Assembly: GCF_006345805.1 (NCBI RefSeq)
Contig: NC_043005.1
Coordinates: forward strand, 80,042,001-80,106,000
Direction: 5' to 3'
DNA length: 64,000 nt
DNA from: Octopus sinensis
Taxonomy: Eukaryota
Every line of letters begins with the position of its first letter. Within the stretch, counting starts at the first letter, position 1. Below the pieces are notes generated by a model that saw nothing but the letters and a program-made list of their open reading frames with translations, was not told the DNA's origin and did not search any database. The translations under genes were made by a program, and so were the position numbers. Positions 26,400-38,593 of this stretch are shown one piece after another.

Positions 26400-27131
26400 C
26401 CTTGACCATGTTTGCATACATGAGGCTGATAACATCATAAGACTTTTGGAAGATCGCTTCTTGAGCAACACTCTCTGTCTGATAACCTAGAATACAAACC
26501 CAAAGACGTCGTACGACTCTACCGCAACGTATCATCAGATGAAAGGATAAGCCTATATGAGCAGAAGACTACACGGAGAAAGCTCCGTGATGTTAGTATC
26601 ATCGATCATCAAAGCAGTTTACTACCTCCCACTTGTGTTTGCAATCCAGGGAACAGGAAATATAAACCAAGCACCTGACGCACAAAAGGGATAGAGATGC
26701 GGGAAAAGCCGTAAAATGTGACAACCATGCAGAATTTGCGGAGTTCACACTGAAGATATCACCCACATCATAAGCAGTTGTCCGAAACTGTCATCACGGT
26801 ATTATCTACCAATGAGATATGATGTTGTACCTCGGACACTGTATAATGAAATCCGTCGGTAGGATACTTCTGAGGACAAGGAAATAAGAATCCACAATAT
26901 GGTAGAAGCCATAGCCACTCACAATAAAAAGGAATACTGGTGGAATGTACCAGTGATGACCTCAATAAAATGTAACCACAACAGATCTGATATAATGATT
27001 TGGGATAGAGAAGAGAAAATGTGCACAGTTGTGGAAATTAGCTGCCCAGTAGATGTAAACATAAAGCTGAAGATCAATGGAAAATAGAACACCTATGCTG
27101 AACTATTGAGAAATCTGCAGTTACTGTATTG
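26400..27131 (+). mobile_element. R4/Dong-type LINE remnant: CCHC knuckle + restriction-like endonuclease
   Basis: CRICGVHTEDITHIISSC (C-x2-C-x8-H-x4-C), MRYDVV, EYWWNVPV, HNRSDIMIWDREEKMCTVVEISCP. Confidence 0.8.
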
Positions 27132-27229
27132 GGGCAACTGGTTTTCCAATCCAAACTATATGTATGTGTATGACTTTGCTTGGAGTTGTAATGGTTTGTG
27201 ATATTCCGTTGGAATATTTTTTATCATGA

Positions 27230-27880
27230 TCCATGATCTCAAATTACTAAACTACTACCACACCAACCTACTTCAGCCGCCACTCTCCTGGTTTTTTTTT
27301 CAACCTTACCCCTCACTCTGCCAGTCTCACCCCATTTCTCCCCCCTCTATCCTCCTCTCTCCCTCCCCTCTATCGCTTTCACACAATCACCTCAGGATGT
27401 ATACTATACATCCACCTCTGCACCAAGCACGAAGTTCTCCATGCATCTTCATCAACTGTCCAAATATAGATGTTTGCTTAACCGCACCACAAAATGGTGC
27501 CGATAACCTAGAAACAAAGATACTAATGCAATAAATTTCTGTTCTTCCACACCGTAAATTCCATTCACATTAATAGTGCGCTTTCTATGAATTCCTTCCA
27601 CTCACAAATTACAATCCATTAAAACTCATCACAAACATGAGGCACACACTCAGACAACCAATCAAATGTATCGTCCAAACTCTCCCTCTGCCCTGCGCAT
27701 TCAGTTCTAGTACACATGCACCCACAATTCGCTCTTTTGCTTATTTTTCTGTCCATTGCACCCGTGAAAACGACGATGATATCTGAAAGGTACTTTGATA
27801 TAAATAAGTACACACTAAACACACACTGATAGCCAATCTTGGTACAGACAACTGGTAAACCTCAAGCATAGGCAAGGTTT
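27230..27880 (-). mobile_element. Old RTE-like RT fragment
   Basis: Coding-like with weak similarity to the RTE RT/thumb region; no intact catalytic motif. Confidence 0.3.
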
Positions 27881-28101
27881 GCAAGGCTTGTCTAGATAAC
27901 ACAAGGTCGATGATGATCGATCAGTAAGAAATTTTAAGCAATATTATTCAATATATACAATCCAATTCGCCGCACACCAAATTCGACAGAAATTCCCATA
28001 AGATAGCTATTATGCAACTCCAGTATTTAGCAACATAACTTGCTAATTATTCGATGATAAATATGTGGCTGAAGTGAACGATATAGGTACTTTATGTTCA
28101 A

Positions 28102-28322
28102 CGAGTGCTTCGAAAGACTCACCAAACGTATGTTACGTAACTTCAACGTGCTACTTTGATGTTCCGTATTCCTTCTTTTCTGCTATATTTCTGCTTGTTG
28201 CTTACAAGTACATTGTCTTGTAAGCGCTATAGAGAAGAGTACCCTTACAGAAGAAACACTGAACATCTACATAAAATCTTAAGTTACATAATATTCGTTC
28301 GCTGAGTCTTTTGAAACACGCG
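28102..28322. repeat. Imperfect foldback, about 220 bp
   Basis: 28102-28142 is the approximate reverse complement of 28282-28322; central GCTTACAAG/CTTGTAAGC stem at 28200-28225. Confidence 0.7.
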
Positions 28323-28509
28323 TAGTATCTAACTAGCTATTTTATTCCCTTCACCTACAGGTACATATATGTATAAAATTCAGGCCTTGTGCCTATAATA
28401 GAAAGGATTACTATTTAATAACCACCGAAAAGAAAGGAACGAGCTTTTAATGGATTGAGTGCTCGAGATTTTTGTTTTATTTCCAGTAGAAGCTGCTTTT
28501 ACTTTAGTA

Positions 28510-28730
28510 GGAAGGCGGCTAGCTGGCAAAATTGTTAAATACGCCGGGAAAAATGCTTAGCGGCATTTCTTCCGTCTATACGTTCTGACTTTAAATTTCG
28601 CCGAGGTCATCTTTGCCTTTTATCTTCTCGGGGTCGATAAAATAAGTACCAGTTGATCACTGGGATTAATGAATTCGACTTGCCCGTCCTTCTAAAATTG
28701 TTGGTTTTGCGCCAAAATATGAAGCTGTTA
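28510..28730 (+). mobile_element. Old family A SINE
   Basis: GAAGGCGGCTAGCTGGCAAAA...TTTGCCTTTTATCTTCTCGGGGTCGATAAA. Confidence 0.75.
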
Positions 28731-28766
28731 TTAGTGATGAAGTAAGATGCTAATATAAACAGTTTA

Positions 28767-28940
28767 AGCGTAGGAGTGGCTGTGTGGTAAGTAGCTTGCT
28801 TAACAACCACATGGTTCCGGGTTCAGTCTCACTGCGTGGAACCTTGAGCAAGTGTCTCCTACTATAGCCTCGGGCCTATCAAAGCCTTGTGAGTGGATTT
28901 GGTAGACGGAAGCTGAAAGAGGTCCGTCGTATATACGTCG

Positions 28941-29006
<66 letters not shown>

Positions 29007-29249
29007 TGTGTGCATGTGTGTACATGTGTGTGTGCGTGTGTGTGTGTCTGTGTGTCTGTTCCCCCAACATCACTTGACAACCGATGCTGGTGTGTTTACT
29101 TCCCTGTAACTTAGCAGTTCGGCAAAAGAGACCGATAGAATAAGTACTAGGCTTACAAAGAATAAGTCATGGGGTCAATTTGCTCGAATAAAAGGCGGTG
29201 CTCCAGCATGGCCACAGTCAAATGACTGAAACAAGTAAAAGAGTAAAAG
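28767..29249 (+). mobile_element. SINE family B
   Basis: Full-length with internal (TA)n(TG)n. Confidence 0.9.
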
Positions 29250-30397
29250 GGTTCTACAGCGACAAGTATCGATACTTTTGGTGAGAAGTTTCCAGAACAT
29301 AAACTTTGATTCAGGTTTGTTCTTCTGTCGCAGCGATGTCACTTACAATGAAGTCCATATAACAGTGTTGACAGAAACACTTGCCATTTTCTCATATCAA
29401 GACGTCATCATGTTATCGCACAAGTATAAGGGTGTTATCACTAGAAACTATATGGAATGCTACAGTAAATATTATGTAATAGAGTGTTTCAAATTTCGTA
29501 GCTAGAATTCACCCCAATATCAAATTTTCTTATTCGAGTTGATAACAATAAGAACGTTCAAATATTGTAATATGGGTAGATTGATTCGCCTAAACTCCTG
29601 TCACCCCCATTTCAAAATATGGCTTTCTCCTTAGCCAAATGAAATCCTTGTTTTATTCATATCATGTTTGATACAGGTCTTTTCTGTCACATATATTTTA
29701 AGCCAGTTAAGTGTATTTTACCTCATTTGATTAAAATTATATACAGAAACATACAAAAGAAAACAGTTATAAAATAAACTGTATAAAATTACGTTTTTCT
29801 AACAGCCTTCTAAAGCGTCCATTATACGATAGCGATTATTTCTTTTTTTTCTGTGCTTCTTATAGCTTCTACGCCGATTTTAACCTCAGGTTTTAGAGAA
29901 ATACAATGATTTGTTTCGAAGGAAAGAAAAAAGGTTTTATTAGATGCAGATTTTCTTGTTTTCTTTAATATTCTTTGCAAGATCATAGAGAAATAACCAT
30001 CAAAATTGTATGTAAATTATACCAATAAAGTATATATATGCAAGCTTAAATAAAGGCAATTCCTCTCAATAAACCCGGTCTTCCAATTTAGCACAACATC
30101 TCTTTGTGGAAAGAAACTGAAGCTTGTAAATGTTTTACATATAAATGGAATATTTTGTAGCAGCGTTGAATGGATAAAAAAAACCTTAGGCTGTAAAGGT
30201 CTGACGCAGACTACATACAGTGACAATCGTATGTCTTCTCAATACAGCCGACAACTGGCAGTTGTGTTACTTCAACCCCGCTCCTAACTAGCTACCTAGC
30301 TCGCTGCACCTGCAACTTAAACAAATGCTAATTTATTCAGATTATTCTCATTGGCTCGAGTAATACTACAAGTCACAATAGTGTCTTCTTTCTTATT

Positions 30398-30478
30398 GTT
30401 TCTTCTTCTTCTTCTTCTTCTTCTTCTTCTTCTTCTTCTTCTTCTTCTTCTTCTTCTTCTTCTTCTTCTTCTTCTTCC
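30398..30478. repeat. (TTC)n microsatellite
   Basis: Direct inspection. Confidence 0.95.
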
Positions 30479-32374
30479 CAAGCCACCTACTCTTTCAAAA
30501 CAACATATTTTAATTCTTTCTTTTTTCTGCTTTTATCTTTTGTCCTTATTTGTTTCCAAGCATTAAACTCTACTCTATCGTAAAAAAAAAAGTGCTTTTA
30601 CAAGAATATATTCATTCATGCGCACATTGGGTGGTCTTGAAAATTCCGATTTTCCCGCCAAATGAGAATACATAATGAGAAGGACGATGTATATAATAAA
30701 GGATAGAAAAAAATAAAAAAGATATGTCAACTTACAAATAGCTGTGAGAAATAATCTTTTAAAATTGACTTAGGAATTATAAAGCACCTTCTCTCGTTCT
30801 GTATAATCAACATTTATACAGAATTATTATCTTCCTTTACAGCGTTGAATAAATCTTTCCCAACTAGGTATCCATTACATAGCTCAATTAAAATGTATTC
30901 AGAGCTAAGCAATATAGCAGAGCGCAAATTTTGCGAAACGATAAAAATATTTCTTTTTTAATTACGTTTGAAGTGTTCCTAATCAGAGATTATGTGTTAT
31001 ATTCCACATCTGTATACTTATGTTTTACATATCTTTTCTTAATCAATTGAATATTTTCCCAGAAAATATTTTTATAAGTGTTGTCTTTCAACTAAGAAGT
31101 CCTCCAAAACTATTTAAAGATACATTGAACCGTATGCTCATTATGTTTTTTTAACTTACTTCATGAGATTTCATGATATAAATTGCAAATATATGCAAGC
31201 ACTTGTTGACCTCTTGTTAAAATAACCCACCTGAAAGTTGTAGGTATAGAATAGAGTGCAATTTTGTATCATAAATAAATGCTATGTTATTAAAATTTAA
31301 TGATATATACATATTAAAGTTCTTAGAATGAAAGTGCTTCATTGTCAGAGGTAATGGTGGAGAGTTTGGGTTGTTCTGAAGAAACTGAAGCCAAATGAGG
31401 ATTCGGATAAGAATGGAAAAATATATAACAGGAAAGAGATATTTACTGCTATTTACAGTTAAGCTATTTCTCTTATTTTCTGTTTTCGCAGTGATTATCT
31501 TCAAAACTTTAATAACTGCTTTTGACCAGGAGTGAGGGTGTTAAGATGAAGTGGAACACAAAACATATAAGCGAGTGGTTCATGTTGTTTAACAGATTTT
31601 CGCCATCGTGCACATGGTAAATTGTCTTCAACTAGGAACTGAATCCATTTCGAAATCTAACATTGAATCGTTCGTTATGCTGAACCTGCTCACCTTACAC
31701 CAAATTAACTTTAGCCGAATTGAAGATGATGATGAACTGTGAGAGATAATTCGTTTAATATGAGATAAATCCATGTTAAACTAACGGAAAGCATGATTAC
31801 ATATACACGTTCATTGCTTTAAATACAGTATAGTATAGCATTCTTCACTATCTCAATATATCTATAGCAACTTTTTTCATTTTTAATAAGATCCTTTATA
31901 ATACTGATATACGGAAAATTTGAAATTTCTACCCCAATAACAGCAAAGTTTTGATACCCATGTATAAAACAATAATCTAAAAGACTTCTTAGACCAATAA
32001 CTGATCTGTGACCTTATAAACCTCCCAGATAAATCACTTAAGGAATCACAAATCTGATTGCTTTATATTTAATCGATGTCGTGGAAGCCCATTTAAGATT
32101 TTGTTATCGAAGTTTTTTTATTAGCAATAAACTGGTTATACTACTACAATAGAGAAAATATGTTCAAAAAATTATCTAAAGTGATGAAACGGTGAGCAGC
32201 CAGAACACACTACGATGGTATGGAGAGGAAGTTTACTGGAGTTAGAGTAAGCGGTTTCAAAACAAAATTATCAACTGGATTTATTCAAACCAGGGAAAGA
32301 CAAAATTTCAAATCATTGTCCACATTTGTTTTTAAATTAAGAGCCCACGATCTGCGGCTGCGAAAGCTGGTGTT

Positions 32375-32392
32375 TCATCATCATCATCATCA

Positions 32393-32471
<79 letters not shown>

Positions 32472-32489
32472 TTCTTCTTCTTCTTCTTC

Positions 32490-32528
<39 letters not shown>

Positions 32529-32571
32529 GTCATCATCATCATCATCATCATCATCGTCGTCATCATCATCG

Positions 32572-32610
<39 letters not shown>
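32375..32610. repeat. Compound (CAT)n-(CTT)n-(CAT/CGT)n trinucleotide tract
   Basis: Direct inspection. Confidence 0.95.
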
Positions 32611-33080
32611 CACCCTGCTAATTTCATTACAATCTCGAGTGCGAGAATTCACGGGGTTGTTTACCTGGATTCCATGACGCATAAGTGAACGAGATCGCGG
32701 CATTACGGCTCCATTGCAGGGTTACTCGTTTACAACCGAAAGGGCAAAAGCAACGTTAGACACGTTGTACTGCCTGGTCCAAAAATCGAAACACGATATC
32801 GCGTGCAAAATTCTAAGCACTAGGCATTGCATAGTTGCTTGTGCCCACACTACTGGGCATATACTATAGTCACATACATGTTATCTAGAGCTACAATTAT
32901 ATTTTAACGTAGTAATCTAATTGTATGCTCTACGTGATTGAAATATGCCAGTTTCTGAATTAATCGACATCATTCTTCAATAATAGTTTCGTGAGTGTAA
33001 ATATCTGAGGTCAAAGGAAATGTCTATTGGAGAATTTTCATCGGTCTGGATATTCTCGTATGTTTCCGTATATTTCTGTA

Positions 33081-33450
33081 GTGGAGGCGCAATAGCCCCG
33101 TGGTTAGGCAGCGGACTCGCGGTCGTAGGATCGCGGTTTCGATTCCCAGACCGGGCGTTGTGAGTGTTTATTGAGCGAAAACACCTAAAGCTCCACGAGG
33201 CTCCGGCTGTACTCTTTCACCACAACTTTCTCTCACTCTTACTTCCTGTTTCTGTTGTACCTGTATTTCAAAGGGCCGGCCTTGTCACTCTCTGTGTCAC
33301 GCTGAATATCCCCGAGAACTACGTTAAAGGTACACGCGTCTGTGGAGTGCTCAGCCACTTGCACGTTAATTTCACGAGCAGGCTGTTCCGTTGATCGGAT
33401 CAACCGGAACCCTCGTCGTCGTAACCGACGGAGTGCTTCCATCCATCCAT
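33081..33450 (+). mobile_element. SINE with head C + tail X
   Basis: GTGGAGGCGCAATAGCCCCGTGGTTAGG...GTTTCGATTCCCAGACC; tail ends GTCGTAACCGACGGAGTGC then (CCAT)n. Confidence 0.85.
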
Positions 33451-33640
33451 ATTTCTGTAACACTCTAATGACTGAAATATGTAAAAGATAAACATACATC
33501 TGCACATATATACATATGCATATCTACATACAATATGATACAGGCATGGCCATTGGAGTTCTCTCACTTAACACATTGAAATGATGAGCCACACACACAC
33601 GCACACACACAATATATATATATATATATGCTGTGATAGG

Positions 33641-34745
33641 CAGAGTGTCACCGTTTTATATTTTCAATTTCGTGCATGCGCATTGTTTACTCTTGATTTT
33701 GTCGACTACACAGTGTAGTAGGATCAGTTGGGCACCGCTTGTGAGAAAAACAGCACCATGACACAATTCACTCTGCCAGAAATTTGGAAACGACATACTG
33801 TACTGCTTGGCATTAGCACCGGAAGCTACATTACGAACATTTCAGAGTGTTTGGGTGTCAAAGTGAGGACAGTGAAGAGGATTCGAAAACAGTTAGATGA
33901 GTCTAATGGTGATTACGAAGGTACGGCAGCTCGGAAAACTCACTATGAACGTTGTGATAAGATTCGAACTCCTGAAATGTCTGGTGAGATCCATGCCATG
34001 ATTGACAAAAATCCCTCCAAGTCAATCAGATTAGTCCATCGCTAGGGACATGGGAGTGTCTGAGTTTCTTATCAGGTAGGTAGCGCACGAAGACATTCGG
34101 TATTCCTAATACAAGATGAGAGAGAGTCAATTTTTATCCCAAGCCATCAAGGGAAAGAAGAAACACCACGATACCAAGCCTTTGAACAAACTGAAGCATC
34201 CCCTCCAACCGAGCATGCTTTGGTTATTATCAGACAAGAAAAATTTCTTCCAGAATCAGACGGTGAACATACAAAAACTGTTGGGTTCTCGTGCCCCAAA
34301 ACATGTACCGAGAGTGATAAAAATCAAACATCCAATCAACATCATGGTGTTTGCAATGATCACTAGTGATAGTGACGTTATACCTCCATTCATTTTCCTA
34401 CACAGCCTCAGACTCAGACTCAACAGGGAGGACTACATCAAGTGCCTGAGGGAGGTAGTGCTGCCCTGGGTCTAGAGAGTGGCTGCAGGAAGATCCTATG
34501 TCTGACAACAGGACTCTGCACCATGCCACACAAGCAGGAGAACCAAGTCATGGCTATCAGAAAATTTCTGCGTCCACATTACCCTTAACATATGACCGCA
34601 TACCCCTTAAATTCTAGTTGAAGCCAATGGCGATTTTGTCGAAAAAATTCACTTTTTTTATGCAATTTTGGTAAATATATATGTTAAAATGAGATGTCAG
34701 TGTTATTTTCGTTTTTACATAACTTAGACAATTTATGCACCCCTT
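33641..34745 (+). mobile_element. Tc1/mariner-superfamily (maT/DD37D-like) transposon, internally deleted
   Basis: HTH-like N-terminus (ISECLGVKVRTVKRIR), LSDKKNF (first Asp), V*QQDSAPCHTS (second Asp); third-Asp region lost so spacing cannot be counted; ends CAGAGTG.../...CACCCT. Confidence 0.8.
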
Positions 34746-34751
34746 CTCTCT

Positions 34752-34816
<65 letters not shown>

Positions 34817-34897
34817 TTATATATATATGTATGTATACTTATATATATATATATACTTATATATATATATATATGTATACTTATATATATATATATA

Positions 34898-34971
<74 letters not shown>

Positions 34972-34985
34972 CATATATATATATA

Positions 34986-35037
<52 letters not shown>

Positions 35038-35045
35038 ATATGCAA
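34745..35045. repeat. (CT)n-(TA)n compound microsatellite
   Basis: Direct inspection. Confidence 0.95.
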
Positions 35046-35328
35046 CATGCATAAACACACAGACACAGACACATGAGCGTTCAGCTTTTTCCGAACGACC
35101 TGCACAAATGATTTGTTTATAGAGATCAAATGTTCGTGCTGCACATTAGCTCCCTCTCTCCATGAAATCGATGTTGTCTGAACAGGTGCGCAGTGTACCA
35201 TGCGTCAGGTGTTGATGTGATTGCAGAGCAGCGTGAGAGGAAGTGTCTTCCTCAAGAACACATCGCACTACACGGTGTAGCGATCATAAATACAATACTC
35301 TAGCCAATAGGCCAAGCGCCCTCACCAT

Positions 35329-35363
<35 letters not shown>

Positions 35364-35427
35364 CTTAAGTTGAAGCACCAAAATTTAGTCTGGTATTATC
35401 CGTACATCTTCGAAATAAGGTGAAGAA

Positions 35428-36021
35428 AATCAAATAAGCAACAGGATATCCAGCGGTGATGCAGTACGATCGTTTCAAGCGGATCCATTTAATTGAACAA
35501 TGCAATCATCTCATCAATTTAAATGTAGGGCTATCCTCAGCAGCATAAATAAATAAATATAATTCTTTTAATCAGTCGGACATATTTGTATAATTTTACT
35601 TAAATCCTCTAATACTGCTTAAATATAATCTTGTCAGGTTTTATGACTACACCCACTAAGATTCTGTCAACTCCCTCATGCCCTTTCCTAACAGACACTA
35701 GTCTCTAGTCTTAGATTTGATAGACAAAAATCTGATAAACAAGACTAATAAATTAAAACTGAACCAAACAAATTATTTTTCCTGATGTCTTAGAAACTTC
35801 TAAACTGAAGTGACAATAGCATGGACTTTGTGTATCTTCTTACCCTATTAGAAGTTTTAAGTAAAATTATACAAATATGTCCGACTGATTAAAAGAATTA
35901 TATTTATTTATTTATGCTGCTGAGGATAACCCTGCAATAAAATTGCAGTGTTTAATTAAATGAAGCCGCTTGAAACGGTCGTACTTCATCACCTCTGGAT
36001 ATCCTGTTGCTTATTTTGATT
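35428..36021. repeat. Foldback element 1: about 185-bp inverted arms with hammerhead-like motifs
   Basis: 35428-35614 is the near reverse complement of 35846-36021, including an identical GCATAAATAAATAAATATAATTCTTTTAATCAGTCGGACATATTTGTATAATTTTACTTAAA block. Confidence 0.9.
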
Positions 36022-36810
36022 ATATATATAAACCATTTGTAGCACTTAATGACATGCATTGTGTCCTTTAAATACATATTTATCTCTCATCAGATGGAAT
36101 ACTATTTTTGTTGAATTTTCTATCACATTACATATATCTGTTATACATTAAAGTCAATTTCAATCTAGCTTGCTTGCTTGCAATGTTACCCAGGCAAACT
36201 GGCGCATAATGGAAAAATACTATGGATTAAGCTTACACTGAAATATTAATAGGGACGGAATGAAATATGTTTCATGTAAATTGGAGCAGTAGATAATGAG
36301 ATATTCGGGATATGGTGTACAAATACCCAAATCGTGGCATAATGTGAAAATGTGAAAATTTAACTTCATCCTGAAAGGGAAGAAAACTCTAACCTTCGAT
36401 TAAACTGATTTGACAACGAAAAAATACGATTTGGTTTTTACAGTCTCTATAATTATATATATATATACGCACGTACAACCTACGACAGGGTAACAGTCAT
36501 ATATACAACTTGTACAGACACAAATATAAGTACATAAACATACGTTTACATGTACTTACACATATGAACACTCGCGGACACGTCTACACACATACATAAA
36601 TGCTCACATACATGCATACATACATCATACATACATACATACATACATACATACATACATACATACATACATGCGTATATGCGTATATACATGCATACGA
36701 ATCAATACATCTGCATTCGTACAAGCATACATGCACGCACACATAATGCACACATGCATACATACATACATACATACATACATATCTCACCTTCAAAGAT
36801 TTGGCTGCTA

Positions 36811-36900
36811 TTTCTAGCACGCCCTGCTACTACCTAACAGCCTATTGCGATAAAGGATCCGACATACCTGTTACGTGGTAGCAGGGCGTTTGCTGGGAAA
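36811..36900. repeat. GC-rich about 90-nt hairpin
   Basis: ACGCCCTGCTACTACCTAACAG (36819-36840) vs CTGTTACGTGGTAGCAGGGCGT (36868-36889): 20 of 22 complementary, extending outward. Confidence 0.85.
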
Positions 36901-36942
36901 CTGTGTTTCCCGGTGACACAGTGACTAGTCTAGTCTAGTCTC

Positions 36943-37016
<74 letters not shown>

Positions 37017-37088
37017 ATACATTTTTCTTTTCTGAATTAGATAAAAAGAAACCCAAAGCTGTGAATATTTTAGAACATCTATAAATAG

Positions 37089-37136
37089 GTCTTACAGCTG
37101 TTTTCAGGATAATTATTATATCCCTTCATCGGAGAC
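37089..37136 (-). ncRNA. Minimal type I hammerhead-like motif (left arm)
   Basis: GTCT-CCGATGA-AGGGATA-TAATAAT-TATCCT-GAAAAC-AGCT-GTA-AGAC; helix I GTCT/AGAC, palindromic helix III ACAGCTGT. Confidence 0.6.
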
Positions 37137-37492
37137 GGTGTAAGAGAATGGTTAAGCAATAGTTAATTTAAATAAAATACGAAATAGAAAGTGAAGTGGA
37201 GGAATGAAACTAGATGTGAGATATGCAGGGATATTGCATTTGTAGATCCATTATTTAGGCAGAATGTATAAGTGTAGGTTCCAGTAATTTGTGAGTAAAT
37301 TGACGAATTTTAGATACTATTGGATTTTACTCACAAGGTATTGGAATCTTATATATATATACCATACTGCCTAAATAATGGATCTACAAATGCAATATCT
37401 TTGCATATCTCGCATCTATTTTCATTCCTCCACTTCACTCCCTATTTCGTATTTTATCTCAATTAACTATTGCTTAACCATCTTCTCACACC

Positions 37493-37541
37493 GTCTCCGA
37501 TGAAGGGATATAATAATTATCCTGGAAACATCTGTAAGTTC
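37493..37541 (+). ncRNA. Minimal type I hammerhead-like motif (right arm)
   Basis: GTCT-CCGATGA-AGGGATA-TAATAAT-TATCCTG-GAAAC-ATCT-GTA-AGTT. Confidence 0.55.
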
Positions 37542-37772
37542 TTCTATTTATAAATGTTCTAGAATCTTCACAGCCTTGATTTTTTTTATCTCATTCTGAA
37601 AAAAAAAAAATTATACCTACGCATGCTGATATATGACCTACGTTGGACTCCTTATTCGCAGAATCACCGAACCTGGAGCTTAACTATGGTCCATTCATAG
37701 CACTTATTCAGCATTACCTCACACCTTTGGGTCTTACTGGCACCATTACTTCTCATAACCTCTCTCTCTCTC

Positions 37773-37841
<69 letters not shown>

Positions 37842-37901
37842 TTCTCTTCCCACGAAATTACTGGCCCTCTGCTAACATTGGAAATTAACATTTATACATA
37901 C

Positions 37902-37946
<45 letters not shown>

Positions 37947-38593
37947 GTAATCATGCATAAGCGTATATGTATTTATATGTTATATCATATAGACGTCACA
38001 GCTACATAAATATACGGGCCATTGACTTTCACGGTAATTTATGGTAATTTAAAACGATTTAGTTATTATTTCCAGCAAGGTGAGTGACCACTTAGAATTT
38101 TCTTTCTAGGCCACTAATCTCATACGTGTTATCAGTGTTCGTCTGCTGCACAAATACGTGTTTGCTGAAAGCGTTTGCTGAGATATAAACCCGTTTCACT
38201 AACAGTGCACATGTTACTGCGATATCAAGTGTCTTGTTTGTATGTCAACGCTTTTATAGAGTTGATTGTTTGCTCTCTTTTGAAACGTATAGTTCCAACA
38301 AAAACGAAAACAAAACAAAACAGCAAAAATGAGAAAGCAGTGAATGCTTTTGACATGTTTGCATATCTTCCAATATAGTTGTAGACATATAAGTAAAATG
38401 AACAATGAAGGTGAATGGCCTCGTGGTTTGCTTGTCAATCGTCAGATCGCGAGTACGATTCTTGGACTGAGCGGTGCATTAAGACCTTTATTAAAGCATT
38501 TCATTTTATGTTGCACCAATCTACTCAGCAAGATTTAGTACCAATATAATGCAGATACAGCTGTTTTTTTCCATCCATTAATTGAACGTGGAA

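Larger units (their letters stand above)
37022..37610. repeat. Foldback element 2: near-complete about 590-bp inverted repeat
   Basis: Arms match from both ends inward to about 37300/37325, leaving a loop of about 24 nt. Confidence 0.92.

Noticed and set aside
32220-32627. Poly-Asp/Glu, poly-Ile and poly-Met ORFs
   Set aside because: These are frames of one trinucleotide tract with no non-repetitive domain or splice evidence.
33081-33160. tRNA-like sequences with A and B boxes (also 55500, 58917, 57106)
   Set aside because: They are SINE heads continuing into SINE bodies, with no complete cloverleaf or acceptor stem.
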